Shown: positions 26,522 to 35,998 of the stretch, one piece after another
Layout of the letters: each line of letters begins with the position of its first letter
Numbering within the stretch: the first letter of the stretch is position 1
DNA from: an uncultured Planctomycetales bacterium
GTDB lineage: Bacteria; Planctomycetota; Phycisphaerae; UBA1845; PWPN01
Direction of reading: 5' to 3'
Assembly (NCBI GenBank): GCA_964653435.1
Contig: CAZZFA010000002.1
Span: 604 to 64,603 of the forward strand
Length of the DNA stretch: 64,000 nt
Program-made: the position numbers and the translations under genes
Notes under the pieces: model-generated
The model's database searches: none
What the model was told of the DNA's origin: nothing
The model's input: the letters and a program-made list of their open reading frames with translations, nothing else

Positions 26522-27820
26522 TCAACCTCCGGCGGCCGCCGGCGCGCCGGTCGCTGCGGTCGCCGGTCGAGTCGGCCCTTCCCATCTCAGGTACGCTGCG
26601 GCGTTCGGCAGGTCCCGGGCGGCCGCCACGAGACGTTCGGCCAGGGCCACGTAGCCGAACCGCTCCCGGTTGACCGCCGCCCGTCGGGTTCGTGCCTCCC
26701 ACGAGCTCAGCGGCTTGCCCTCGACGAACGCGGCGGCCGTTTCCGTCACGAGCCGCCGGAGTGCATCATAATCGGCGTCGCGGAAATAGCGACCCGTTTC
26801 CGGATCGATCACCAGGTGGGATGCGGTGGGGCTGTCCGTCAGGATCATGTATACGCCCGTGCCCATCGCCTCCTGGATCGTCACCGACGGCTGCATGTAC
26901 CAGACGCCGAAGTCGGCCGCGTTGTACAGCCGCGGCAGCTCCTCGCGGCTGGCGAACGGCAGGCAGAGGAAGCGGTCCTTGCAGCCGGTCTGCCCGATGA
27001 GCGAAAGGATTCGCTCGCACTCCGGGTCGCCCGGGCGGATGCCGATCAGCATCGGGCGCAGCCGCGGGACCTGCCGGATGGCGGCGGCCATCACGGAGAC
27101 CCAGATATCCAGCCGCTTGATGGGCGTGATCTTGCAGGAGTACAGGCCGACCACCTCGTCGGGCGCCACGCCCAGACGCCGGCGTTCGGCCTGCCGCGCC
27201 TCGGCGTCGGGGAAGAAGACCTCCGGATCGAAGCCCAGTGCCGAGAGCCAGCACCGGGCCCGCAGCCGTTCCCGCTGCCGGCCCCATGCCGTCCGCCCCA
27301 GGATGAAATCGATCGTGTCGGGCGTCTGCATGAGCACGATGTCGCTTCGCTCGATGAACGTGCGGTAATGGCGGCGCTTGAACAGGAAGTAGGCGGCGTC
27401 GAGCGCCGCCCGCTTGAGCCGACCCGTGCCGCGCCGCTGGGCGCGGTTATCGCCGAATGTGCTGACCAGGACGCCGGGCAGTTCGTCCCGGCGGATGAAC
27501 AGTTCGCCGGCGAACATGCTTCCCGGGTAGACGGCCAGCGTGAGTTCGGGCCGGAAGGCGACAACGTGCTCGAGGAGCCCGTCGCATCGCACCATGTTCC
27601 GCGGGAGCTTGTGTGCCGGCAGCCGAAGGAGCTCGCCGCCCCGATACTCGCTGAGTCCCTCGGGGAACGGTTCCGGGTAGTATTTCTCCAGCGTATACGA
27701 GACGTAGCAGGACGCGAACACGCGGACCCGATGCCCCAGCGAGACCAGCGCGCTATACCACCCCGTCTCCTGGTATCCCATGTCCGTCACGAAATGTGGA
27801 GCGACAATCGCGATCCGCAT
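26522..27820 (-). CDS. Glycosyltransferase (GT-B fold, GT1/GT4-like)
   Basis: In ORF 26522..28117. ATG 27820 gives 'MRIAIVAPHFVTDMGYQE'. The C-terminal half has the 'ELPRLYNAADFGV...QEAMGTG' sugar-donor-binding pattern. Confidence 0.75.
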   Translation of the reverse strand: MRIAIVAPHFVTDMGYQETGWYSALVSLGHRVRVFASCYVSYTLEKYYPEPFPEGLSEYRGGELLRLPAHKLPRNMVRCDGLLEHVVAFRPELTLAVYPGSMFAGELFIRRDELPGVLVSTFGDNRAQRRGTGRLKRAALDAAYFLFKRRHYRTFIERSDIVLMQTPDTIDFILGRTAWGRQRERLRARCWLSALGFDPEVFFPDAEARQAERRRLGVAPDEVVGLYSCKITPIKRLDIWVSVMAAAIRQVPRLRPMLIGIRPGDPECERILSLIGQTGCKDRFLCLPFASREELPRLYNAADFGVWYMQPSVTIQEAMGTGVYMILTDSPTASHLVIDPETGRYFRDADYDALRRLVTETAAAFVEGKPLSSWEARTRRAAVNRERFGYVALAERLVAAARDLPNAAAYLRWEGPTRPATAATGAPAAAGG

Positions 27821-27879
27821 GCCGGTTTGTTTCTCCGCCCCCCGTGCCCCCGGACGGCGCTGGCTGGCGCCGACGGGCC

Positions 27880-29322
27880 TCATACCCTTAAGCGTCCGTG
27901 CTCGATATAGCCCCACGAGGCGGGTCCCATCGGGGGTGATCCCGCATATCGACCCGCGGACGCCGCCAGGGACTCGTCCCCGCGCCCGTAGAAGTGGTTT
28001 CGCAGCCACCCGACCATGACCAGTGAGACGAGCAGGCCCTGGCCCAGGAAGAACTGCGTGATCCCTGCCGAAACGAAGGTCACCGTCCAGAGCGGAATCT
28101 GAATCGCCTGCATCCACACGAGTTCGAGCCGCTTACCCGTCACGGCCCGCCGCATGATGAAGTTCTGGACGAACTGCGCCAGCCCGCCTCCCAGCATCGA
28201 GTACACGAGGACGCCCATATAACTGAACTCGGCCCACCCGGTCCCGATGAACCCGCAATTGAGAAAGGTGCTGGTCCTCGGGTCGTGCGAGACGTACCGG
28301 GCGACCATCAGTGGGATCATGGCGTTGCCCCGCCCGAGCAGGTCGCCGAGCACGAACGTGCCGCGGCCCCACGTGTGCGCTTCCACGGTGGGGAACAACT
28401 CGAAGTAGTAGTACGTCACCTGCGCCGGCGCGGCAAACGCGCGGGTGAACATCGCGCTGTAGATCTGCGAACGCTCCATTGAGGCAGGATGGGTGGCTAC
28501 CGCGACGGCCAGCGGCAGAGCAATGACAAGACCAACCCCCAGAAGTATCTTCCACGAGATCCGTCCGCGGATCAGCAGCGTGCCGGCCAAAAAGATCATC
28601 GTGATCCGCGCGCCGGGCGACTTGTAGGCGTCCCACATGCCGAAAAACAGCGCGAAGAGAAAGCACAGGATGTACAGGACAAACCACTTGCTGTCGCCCG
28701 TCTGCTTGTTCCTCGTTTGGGCGGCCATCCCCAGCAGCGGTATGAACATGTACGTGGACCACCCGACCAGGTAGAAGACGAGCCGTATGCCGATGCCGAT
28801 GATCCCGCCTTGGAGGGCTCCGGCGGCGACCTTGGCCTCGGTCTTGGCCGCCGCGATGCCCGCGAAGTCGTAAAGGTGCGTCAGCATGTAGATCAGTGGA
28901 ATGCCGCCGACCAGAATGTATCGAAGCACCGCCGCAAGGAGGGTCACCCCCAGAAGAATCCCCAGCGGCACAAGCATCGCGTGCTCCCGTGGGGGCTCGA
29001 TCGGGGCGCGAAGGTATTCCTTCAGATCAATGGCTGGCGCCGGGTACAGCAGGCGGCACAGGGCCATCCCGGCCAGCATGAAGAGCCCCGCGGAAAGGGT
29101 ACCAAGCACGAAACGGTTGCTGGCCGTCTCGATCGGCTGCTGCGGCGCCAGAATCAGCGCCGGCAGGAGCAGCAGGATGAGGTATGCGGTAAACGCGATC
29201 CCCGGAACACTCAGCCGGAACGGACTGAGTTGCCGCCAAGCAAGCGCCAGGACCCCGAAGTAGGCCACAAGTGCCGCCCAGCCGAGCACCAGGATTCCGG
29301 TATCTACGCTTGCCAGCATCAT
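27880..29322 (-). CDS. Polytopic membrane protein, O-antigen polymerase/ligase-like (Wzy-type)
   Basis: 480 aa with about 11-12 hydrophobic helices. Its position among glycosyltransferases, plus a Wzx-like flippase elsewhere in the locus, supports the call. No diagnostic motif was recognised. Confidence 0.6.
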   Translation of the reverse strand: MMLASVDTGILVLGWAALVAYFGVLALAWRQLSPFRLSVPGIAFTAYLILLLLPALILAPQQPIETASNRFVLGTLSAGLFMLAGMALCRLLYPAPAIDLKEYLRAPIEPPREHAMLVPLGILLGVTLLAAVLRYILVGGIPLIYMLTHLYDFAGIAAAKTEAKVAAGALQGGIIGIGIRLVFYLVGWSTYMFIPLLGMAAQTRNKQTGDSKWFVLYILCFLFALFFGMWDAYKSPGARITMIFLAGTLLIRGRISWKILLGVGLVIALPLAVAVATHPASMERSQIYSAMFTRAFAAPAQVTYYYFELFPTVEAHTWGRGTFVLGDLLGRGNAMIPLMVARYVSHDPRTSTFLNCGFIGTGWAEFSYMGVLVYSMLGGGLAQFVQNFIMRRAVTGKRLELVWMQAIQIPLWTVTFVSAGITQFFLGQGLLVSLVMVGWLRNHFYGRGDESLAASAGRYAGSPPMGPASWGYIEHGRLRV

Positions 29323-29546
29323 GCGATCGCCTCAGCTTCCTCCCGAATCCTACCGCCCGGGGCGCGCAAAGTACATCGGATTCGTCTGCCCTGCGACAAT
29401 TCCCCGCTGCCGTAAGACCATGTCTACGGATAAGTTAGATCGGCAAGGCTCCTGCTGAACCTTGAGTTGCAGCCTGCCTTTCCTATGCCCTCTACCCCCG
29501 CTGGCGAGCAGAGGTTCACGAGTTCTCGCGGCTTTGATGAATTCTC

Positions 29547-30884
29547 TTACCTCTTTTCCTGTTCATGGATCACCCCGTATTCCCCGATACGGCGCCGTGC
29601 CTGGACGTTCAGTTCCTCCACGATCGTCCCGAACGTCTTGGATGGGAGACGGACATCCCCGCCCCGCAACGTCCGCATCGTCGATCCGAGACATCGGCTG
29701 CCCACGGCCACGGAAGTATCGAAACCCCGAACGGCTTCCGGCTGCGTCGTCGCTCTGTTCGTAGCGGCGCGGACCGTGAGAGCATGCGTATCGTCGATTT
29801 CGGAATTGAGGAGTTCGCCAAACGCCATCACCGGTCGCCGCCCCTGCACTTGCCAGTCATATTCCGCATGAGCCGTAAAAACGCTGTCCGTGACGCGGTA
29901 GTTCTCCGCTCGATCGACATTGATAATTGCCTCGGCCGCGTCGAGACGACAGCCGCGTACGATCACTCCGTAGGACGCGCCGACCCCTCGCAGGAAGTTC
30001 CTGGCGCCGTAGGTTTCCGACACTACGTGATCCAGAAGGATCTGCTGTACCTTGCCGCGCCGGTCGTCCAGCAGCATGCCCGCCAGTCCGCCCGTCTCCG
30101 GCCGCGCCGGGTCCGCAGCCTTGTTTCCCCACATCCCCCCGTAAAAAGCGATGTCGTGCGTCGGACCCTGCACGATGACGTTGCACTCGTGCCCCGTCCG
30201 CCCGTATACGTTGAACTGGCATCCGAAGAACAGATTGTCCGAGGCGCTGCCCCCCGCGATCTCGCCGTAGGGGCTATCGATTTCCAACTGCGGCGAGTAC
30301 TCGCCCGCCAGGATCAGGCAATGGGCCCGCGGCTTGTCCCCCGTGATCCAATAGCAGTTCATGTACCGGTTCACCTCGCTCGCGATGGACACCTCGCAGG
30401 CAAGTGAATAATCGCCGCTGATCTCCATCCCCTCGAAGTAGTGCTCGCCGGCGCCGGACCGATCACCCCGCCGTGCCAGAAGCAGTCCGCACCGGGCCGT
30501 GTGGCACCGGATCGCGAGGTGTCGCAGACTGCACCTCGTCGCGCCCGTCATGTCTATGACCGGCCAACGGCTTCCCGGCGGGAACGACGCCGTGATGATC
30601 GTCGATCGCCCCTCGCCGACGATGCTGACGTAGCTCCGTCCTCGCAGATTCAACGGCTTGTCCAGTGTGTAGACCGCGCGCTGCAGGTAGATGGTTCCGC
30701 CCGCCTTGGCATCGAGCGAATCTACCGCCGCCTGCAACGTCGGAAATGTCCGCGCCCCGGGGCCGATCCCGATAACCGGCCGGGGCGAGGGATTCTGCGC
30801 CCACGTGGGTGATGTCGCAACGAGCATTGCGATCGTTCGCAGTAGCATCCGGGACCTCGCGCTCATGCTTATGTGGTCGTTCAT
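29547..30884 (-). CDS. Exported right-handed beta-helix (pectate-lyase fold) protein
   Basis: In ORF 29547..30932. Signal peptide 'MSARSRMLLRTIAMLVATSPTWAQ', then 'FPTLQAAVDSLDAKAGGTIYL...YTLDKPLNLRG', typical of the N-cap of beta-helix enzymes. Start is ATG 30884 or 30866. Confidence 0.7.
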   Translation of the reverse strand: MNDHISMSARSRMLLRTIAMLVATSPTWAQNPSPRPVIGIGPGARTFPTLQAAVDSLDAKAGGTIYLQRAVYTLDKPLNLRGRSYVSIVGEGRSTIITASFPPGSRWPVIDMTGATRCSLRHLAIRCHTARCGLLLARRGDRSGAGEHYFEGMEISGDYSLACEVSIASEVNRYMNCYWITGDKPRAHCLILAGEYSPQLEIDSPYGEIAGGSASDNLFFGCQFNVYGRTGHECNVIVQGPTHDIAFYGGMWGNKAADPARPETGGLAGMLLDDRRGKVQQILLDHVVSETYGARNFLRGVGASYGVIVRGCRLDAAEAIINVDRAENYRVTDSVFTAHAEYDWQVQGRRPVMAFGELLNSEIDDTHALTVRAATNRATTQPEAVRGFDTSVAVGSRCLGSTMRTLRGGDVRLPSKTFGTIVEELNVQARRRIGEYGVIHEQEKR

Positions 30885-31311
30885 CGTCGGGCCTTTTTCA
30901 ACGCCGAGCGCCCCGGGAGCCTCCTCGTCCACACGGGCTTACGGCGTCGCAGCGTGCACCATTCCCCCGCAACGTACTCCAAATCCTCCCGTTCACTGGC
31001 GGCACCCGCCCCGTGGCCGTCGCGGTTACGGTCTTCCGGCGTCGCCCTCTACTGGTTTAGTCGGAAGGCGTGCCGCGTCAACTTGCGGATCAGATTTGCC
31101 GAGAGGGTCATCGGAACAGCAGACCGCTCGCGCGACGACACAGGCCACCGTCCCGCGGCAGGTGAGCCGGGATTGGCGTGCGCGTCTTGCCGTACCCGCG
31201 CGACGGCAAGCGAGGGCTTTGCGTTCCTTACGGGAGGTTCGGATAATCAGATCGTGGGACCAAGCGAGTCTCGGTACGGCGCATGTCCTGCGAGGCCGAC
31301 GAGGTATTCCC

Positions 31312-31995
31312 GTGCGGTTGCTGGTCGTCGAAGACAATCCCAGAATGGCGGAACTGATTGGCCAGGGCTTCAGGCAGCTCGGGTACGCGGTGGACATCGC
31401 CGAACGGGGCCGTGAGGCCGAAGAGCAGGCCCTCCATCAGGCGTACGACGTGATCATCCTCGATATCATGCTCCCGGATAAGGATGGTGTTCAGGTCTGC
31501 CGGGACCTTCGCCGGCAGGGGGTCGACACCCCGATCCTCATGCTGACGGCGCTCTCCACGACCCGGGACAAGGTCGGCGCCTTCGACGCCGGCGCGGATG
31601 ACTATCTCGCCAAGCCCTTCGAATTCGACGAGCTCTTCGCGCGGGTGAGGGCGCTGCTGCGAAGGGGCCGCCCCCAGGAAGGAGCCACCCTGCGGATCGA
31701 AGACGTTGAGATGGACCTGCTCGCCCATCGGGTGACCCGGGGCGGCGAGCGGATCAAACTCAGCAACCGGGAGTTCGCGCTGCTCGAATACTTCATGCGC
31801 AACCCGAACCGCGTTCTCAGCCGCATCGCGATCGCCGAACACGTCTGGGACACGGCCTTCTCGGGCGAGAGCAACGTGATCGATGTGTACGTCGGCCTCC
31901 TGCGGCGCAAGCTCGATCGCGACGCCGGCAGGAAGCTGATCCATACGGTGATCGGCCGTGGCTACTACTTCGGGCCGACCCCGCCGGATTCCTGA
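31312..31995 (+). CDS. OmpR-family response regulator
   Basis: In ORF 30691..31995. GTG 31312 gives 'VRLLVVEDNPRMAELI...DVIILDIMLPDKDG' (receiver) and the winged-helix 'LSNREFALLEYFMRNPNRVLSR...VIDVYVGLLRRKL'. Confidence 0.9.
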   Translation: MRLLVVEDNPRMAELIGQGFRQLGYAVDIAERGREAEEQALHQAYDVIILDIMLPDKDGVQVCRDLRRQGVDTPILMLTALSTTRDKVGAFDAGADDYLAKPFEFDELFARVRALLRRGRPQEGATLRIEDVEMDLLAHRVTRGGERIKLSNREFALLEYFMRNPNRVLSRIAIAEHVWDTAFSGESNVIDVYVGLLRRKLDRDAGRKLIHTVIGRGYYFGPTPPDS

Positions 31996-32020
31996 GGGCC
32001 TTGCCGGGCGTCGTTGGCTC

Positions 32021-33514
32021 ATGACGAAGCTGTTGCACTCGCTGCGGTTCCAGTTGACCCTTGTTACCCTGCTGGTCTTCGGCCTGATCCAGGCGGCCGG
32101 CTTCATGGTCCTCCTGACCCTTCGCGAACGTGACGTGCGGGCCGATTTCGACGAATGGCTGCGGGCGGACGCCTCGCGCATGCTCGAGCAGGTCCTGCGC
32201 CAGCCGATGGAGACCCTCGTCCCCTCGCCGCCGGGGTCCACCCCGCAGATGAGCCCGTTCCACTTCCGCGGGTACTACTTTCAACTTCGCCGGGCCGACG
32301 GCACGACGCTCGTCAAGTCGGCGAACCTCGAAGGCACGGACCTTCCGTGGGGCGAGGCGGCGCGGCGGGCGGAGGAATCCGACACGCCCGTCCTCGAGAC
32401 GATCGCCGGGGACGGATTGAAGTCGGTCTCCGGCGCCGTCGGCGATGTCCGGCTGCTGACCGTCTTCGGCCGGATGCCCTCCGGCGAAGTGCTGTCCCTT
32501 CAGCTCGGCGCGCGGCTGGATCGTGTGAACCAGGCGGTGGCCAGTCTGCGCCGGCGCCTCCTGGCGGTGTTTCCCCTGAGCCTTGTCGTGGTCGCGATCG
32601 GTTCGTGGTTCATGGCCGGCCGTGCGCTCCGCCCGATCGACGACATCACCGACGCCGTCCGCCGGCTCACGGTGGATCGCCTCGGCCAGGGCCTCGGCCT
32701 GCCCGTGCCGAAGGGCGACCTCGCGCAGATGGTTGTCAGCCTCAACGAGATGCTGGATCGCATCGAGAAAGGCTTCCGTTCGCAGGAGCGCTTCGTGGCC
32801 GAGGTCTCGCATGAACTGAGGACCCCGATCTCGGTCCTGCTTGGCGAGGCCCAGTTGCTTGGCCGGGCGGCGCGAACCGTCGAGGAGTACGATCGCTTCG
32901 TGGCCAGCGTCGAAGTCGAAATGCGCCGTCTCGGTCAGACGGTCGAGAGCCTGTTGCTCCTGGCGCGGGCGAACGCGGGGTTCCCGATCGCCCTGCCGGG
33001 CGGGGTGTCGTTGAACGACGTCGTCGCCGAAGCCGTCCGCCGGTGCAGCGCGGTGGCCGCGCACTGGGAAATCGATCTTGTGCCCAGGCTGCTGCTGCCC
33101 TCGGCCGACGAACCCGAGCCGATGGTTCGCGGGGACGAGGAACTGCTCTGCGCCATGCTGACCAACCTGATTCTCAACGCGATCCGCCATTCCCCGGTCG
33201 GGCAGCCCGTCACGATCGAACTGACCGCGGAGGGGGACCGATCGCATATCACGGTACGCGACGCCGGCCCCGGGGTTCCCCCAGAGTCCGTCGGGAAACT
33301 GTTTCAGCCGTTCACGTCCTTGCGGCAGGAGGCGGACCCGGCCCCCGGAACCGGTCTGGGTCTGGCGATCGTCAAGAGCATCGCCGAACTCCACGGGGGC
33401 TCCGTGGCGGTTCGCAATGTGCCGGCGGGCGGGTGTGAATTTGCGGTCACTTTACCGACGATGCCGGCTGGTCCGGCCTCGCCCGAGCGATCGTCCGGCC
33501 TCGCAGGCGGATGA
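32021..33514 (+). CDS. Sensor histidine kinase (two TM segments, HAMP, HisKA, HATPase_c)
   Basis: In ORF 31958..33514. H-box 'FVAEVSHELRTPIS', N-box 'LTNLILNAIRHS', G-boxes 'VRDAGPGVP' and 'GTGLGLAIV'. Start is ATG 32021 (or GTG 31958). Confidence 0.9.
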   Translation: MTKLLHSLRFQLTLVTLLVFGLIQAAGFMVLLTLRERDVRADFDEWLRADASRMLEQVLRQPMETLVPSPPGSTPQMSPFHFRGYYFQLRRADGTTLVKSANLEGTDLPWGEAARRAEESDTPVLETIAGDGLKSVSGAVGDVRLLTVFGRMPSGEVLSLQLGARLDRVNQAVASLRRRLLAVFPLSLVVVAIGSWFMAGRALRPIDDITDAVRRLTVDRLGQGLGLPVPKGDLAQMVVSLNEMLDRIEKGFRSQERFVAEVSHELRTPISVLLGEAQLLGRAARTVEEYDRFVASVEVEMRRLGQTVESLLLLARANAGFPIALPGGVSLNDVVAEAVRRCSAVAAHWEIDLVPRLLLPSADEPEPMVRGDEELLCAMLTNLILNAIRHSPVGQPVTIELTAEGDRSHITVRDAGPGVPPESVGKLFQPFTSLRQEADPAPGTGLGLAIVKSIAELHGGSVAVRNVPAGGCEFAVTLPTMPAGPASPERSSGLAGG

Positions 33515-33618
33515 AAGAAGAATCATCCGCGTTTCACCGACGTTTCATGCCGACCCCGTACAATGTATTCCAGTGAGGGAGAGACGGCATATGACCGGCA
33601 CGGCGGAGGAGGCGACGG

Positions 33619-34038
33619 ATGGCAGTTGAGGCGGGGGTCGTGCTTCGACTCAGGCATGTTCGGTTGCGGGTCCGCGATCTGGACCGCAGTGTGGCGTTTT
33701 ATCGGGACCTGTTCGGGTTTCGTCCGGAGCCTTACAGAGGTTCGAGCGGCCGATTCTGCGAGCAGATTGTTACGGCGCCGCACGGCGAGGCATTCGGCCT
33801 CGTTCTTGTGCAGGGGCCGGGCAGTGATATTGCCGGCCCGCTTGAGCAGATCTCGTTTGAGGCGGCTACGGTGGGCGATGCGGCCGAACTGTACCGAAAA
33901 GCCCGGGCGTCAGGGGCACAGGCCATTCAGCCGCGCTTATGTAATGGCTCCTGGCGGACGTTGATCTTCGATCCGGACGGGCATAAACTGGAGATTACGG
34001 TGAAAGAAACGACGTCCACACGCGATATTATCTTGTGA
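33619..34038 (+). CDS. VOC family (glyoxalase/bleomycin-resistance fold) protein
   Basis: 139 aa. 'LRHVRLRVRDLDRSVAFYRDLFGF' and 'FDPDGHKLEI' are typical of VOC. GGAGGAGG lies upstream of the ATG. Confidence 0.8.
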   Translation: MAVEAGVVLRLRHVRLRVRDLDRSVAFYRDLFGFRPEPYRGSSGRFCEQIVTAPHGEAFGLVLVQGPGSDIAGPLEQISFEAATVGDAAELYRKARASGAQAIQPRLCNGSWRTLIFDPDGHKLEITVKETTSTRDIIL

Positions 34039-34200
34039 GGGCGTTCTTTTGAATGTGCCGCAGTCGATGGGGAAGATCGCTCGGCGCGTGAACACGGCTT
34101 TTGGAGGGGGGGAACTGCAAGTGCTCGCGGACGAACGTCCGAAGGACCGACAGGTTTGGCGGATAAGGGTACGGAAGGTCGCAATTCGAGGAGGATTGTC

Positions 34201-35904
34201 GTGGCCTATCGGGCGTCCCTGTGGTGTATTCTGGGTCTGACCGCCGTGGTCGGCTCGGTACTCGCGACGGGCCTCCAGGCTAACGCGGAACCTTCATCTC
34301 CGGCGATCGTGACGGTTATCGGCGGCGGGCCCGACGAGCATCCGGTCGCTACGAATTGCGTCATTACTGCGGATACGACGAACTTCAAGCTCAATGGCCG
34401 AGGCTGGAAATGCACGACGAACGGGGACACGATTGCCAGTCCCGCGCGTCTTCGGTTAAGTCCGCCGGGGCCGGCAAGACCGTTTGTGCTTGGGCCTGCC
34501 TCGGCGATCGGCGCTTGGTTCTATGTGCCGGAACCAGCCAAGGTCTACCAGGTGAGCGTCCAGATTTACCCGGATGCAGCCTGTTCCTCGACGGCCCGGT
34601 GGTCAAGGGGGAGCACCAGCTTTACGGCTGGCTGGAACTATCTCCGATGGCACTCCACGTTCGGCACGATCACCGCCGACTGGGGAAGTATCTATCAGAT
34701 TGACGTGCTCATTCAGACCAGGGAGGCCACGAGCGTTACGGTCGGCCAAGTTTGGGGCGAAGTATGGCCCAAAGCCCAACTACTCTTCGTCGCCGACGGT
34801 TGCTACCAGAGTTTCGTGGATAATATCTATCCGGATCTTCGTGTCCGGCGCATCCCGGTGACTTGGGCGACGAATCCGGGCCTCATGGGCACCAATGGCA
34901 GGACCACCTGGGACGTGCTTGCGACGCTCGGCCGCGAGAACGGCAACGAGGTCTCGTTCCACAGTTGGATGAGCACGCCCACGTCGACCATGACGGCCGA
35001 CCAGATCCGCGCCGATACGTTGAGTTGCCTTCGGGCCCTGACGGGCCACGGCTTTCCGATTGCGGGGATGTGGCGCGCCGCATGGCCGCAAAACAACGCT
35101 CCCTGCGCCTATGCCGTCCGAGATCTTCTGCCGGCGTACGCCACCCCGGTCGGAAACGCCGGGGTCGCTTGCTGGCCCCCGCTCGACCGTTGGAACATCT
35201 ACCGGCTGGGACTTCATGGGCGTACCGACGCGGAGTACGACAGCACCTTTCTGGCGATGCAGAGGACGCATGGTGTCCTGGTCGGCTATACCCACGGATG
35301 TTCACCGCTGGGCGGGAACGACATGACGCCGGCCGAATGGCAATACCTCCGCGGCAAGATCGACGAGGGGATGGCGGGCGGTTGGCTCGAGGCTACCACG
35401 TACAGCGGCCTCGTCGCGCGGGGCGGGCTCAATCCGCCGCTCGCCGCCGGCCCGGCCGACACTGATGGCGACGGAGTCCCCGATGCGACGGACAACTGCC
35501 CCAGCAGGTGGAACCCGGACCAGGCGGACGCCGACGGCGACGGCGTCGGCGATGTATGTGACAATTGCCCAGGCAAGTTCAACCCGGATCAGGCCGACAG
35601 CGACGGAGATTGGGTCGGCGATGCGTGCGACCAGTGCCCGGACACGCCGCCAGGCGTTCTCGTGGACCCGAGCGGATGCGCCCGCAGTACGCAGACGATC
35701 CGCGAGGATCTGGATGGCGACAGCGATGTGGACGTGCAGGACTTCCAGATGTTCCAGGCGTGTTTCAACGGGCCGAACCGCCCTCCCTTCGGACCGGGCT
35801 GCAATCGGGCCGACTTCGACGGCGATTCCGACGTCGATCTGGGCGATTTCGGCCTGTTCCAGGACTGTTTCAACGGGCCGAATCGGCCGCCGAAATGCGG
35901 ATAG
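34201..35904 (+). CDS. Secreted CE4-like deacetylase-domain protein with TSP3 repeats and tandem dockerin-like C-terminal module
   Basis: In ORF 34156..35904. GTG 34201 is preceded by GGAGGA and gives signal peptide '(M)[28 protein letters not shown]'. Also seen: '[20 protein letters not shown]...GNEVSFHSW' (NodB-like); 3x 'DxDGDGVxDxCDNCPxxxNPDQxD' (TSP3); C-terminal 2x '[25 protein letters not shown]'. Confidence 0.85.
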   Translation: MAYRASLWCILGLTAVVGSVLATGLQANAEPSSPAIVTVIGGGPDEHPVATNCVITADTTNFKLNGRGWKCTTNGDTIASPARLRLSPPGPARPFVLGPASAIGAWFYVPEPAKVYQVSVQIYPDAACSSTARWSRGSTSFTAGWNYLRWHSTFGTITADWGSIYQIDVLIQTREATSVTVGQVWGEVWPKAQLLFVADGCYQSFVDNIYPDLRVRRIPVTWATNPGLMGTNGRTTWDVLATLGRENGNEVSFHSWMSTPTSTMTADQIRADTLSCLRALTGHGFPIAGMWRAAWPQNNAPCAYAVRDLLPAYATPVGNAGVACWPPLDRWNIYRLGLHGRTDAEYDSTFLAMQRTHGVLVGYTHGCSPLGGNDMTPAEWQYLRGKIDEGMAGGWLEATTYSGLVARGGLNPPLAAGPADTDGDGVPDATDNCPSRWNPDQADADGDGVGDVCDNCPGKFNPDQADSDGDWVGDACDQCPDTPPGVLVDPSGCARSTQTIREDLDGDSDVDVQDFQMFQACFNGPNRPPFGPGCNRADFDGDSDVDLGDFGLFQDCFNGPNRPPKCG

Positions 35905-35976
35905 ATTGCCCGTCGCGTTCCGGGCGTCTCGACGTTCGCGTTCATCGCGAGCCTCCGCGACCCGGCATGACGAGAT

Positions 35977-35997
35977 GTGCGGCGCGCCGTGCCGCAC
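35977..35997. terminator. Candidate bidirectional stem-loop between convergent genes
   Basis: GTGCGGC (35977-35983) pairs with GCCGCAC (35991-35997) around a 7-nt loop. There is no U-tract, and it abuts the stop of the flippase gene. Confidence 0.3.
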
Positions 35998-35998
35998 A

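Noticed and set aside
27880-29322. Impression that the Wzy-like gene is less GC-rich than its neighbours, hinting at horizontal acquisition
   Set aside because: I cannot compute windowed GC or codon statistics here. Lower GC is common for wzy-type membrane genes and is not by itself evidence of transfer.
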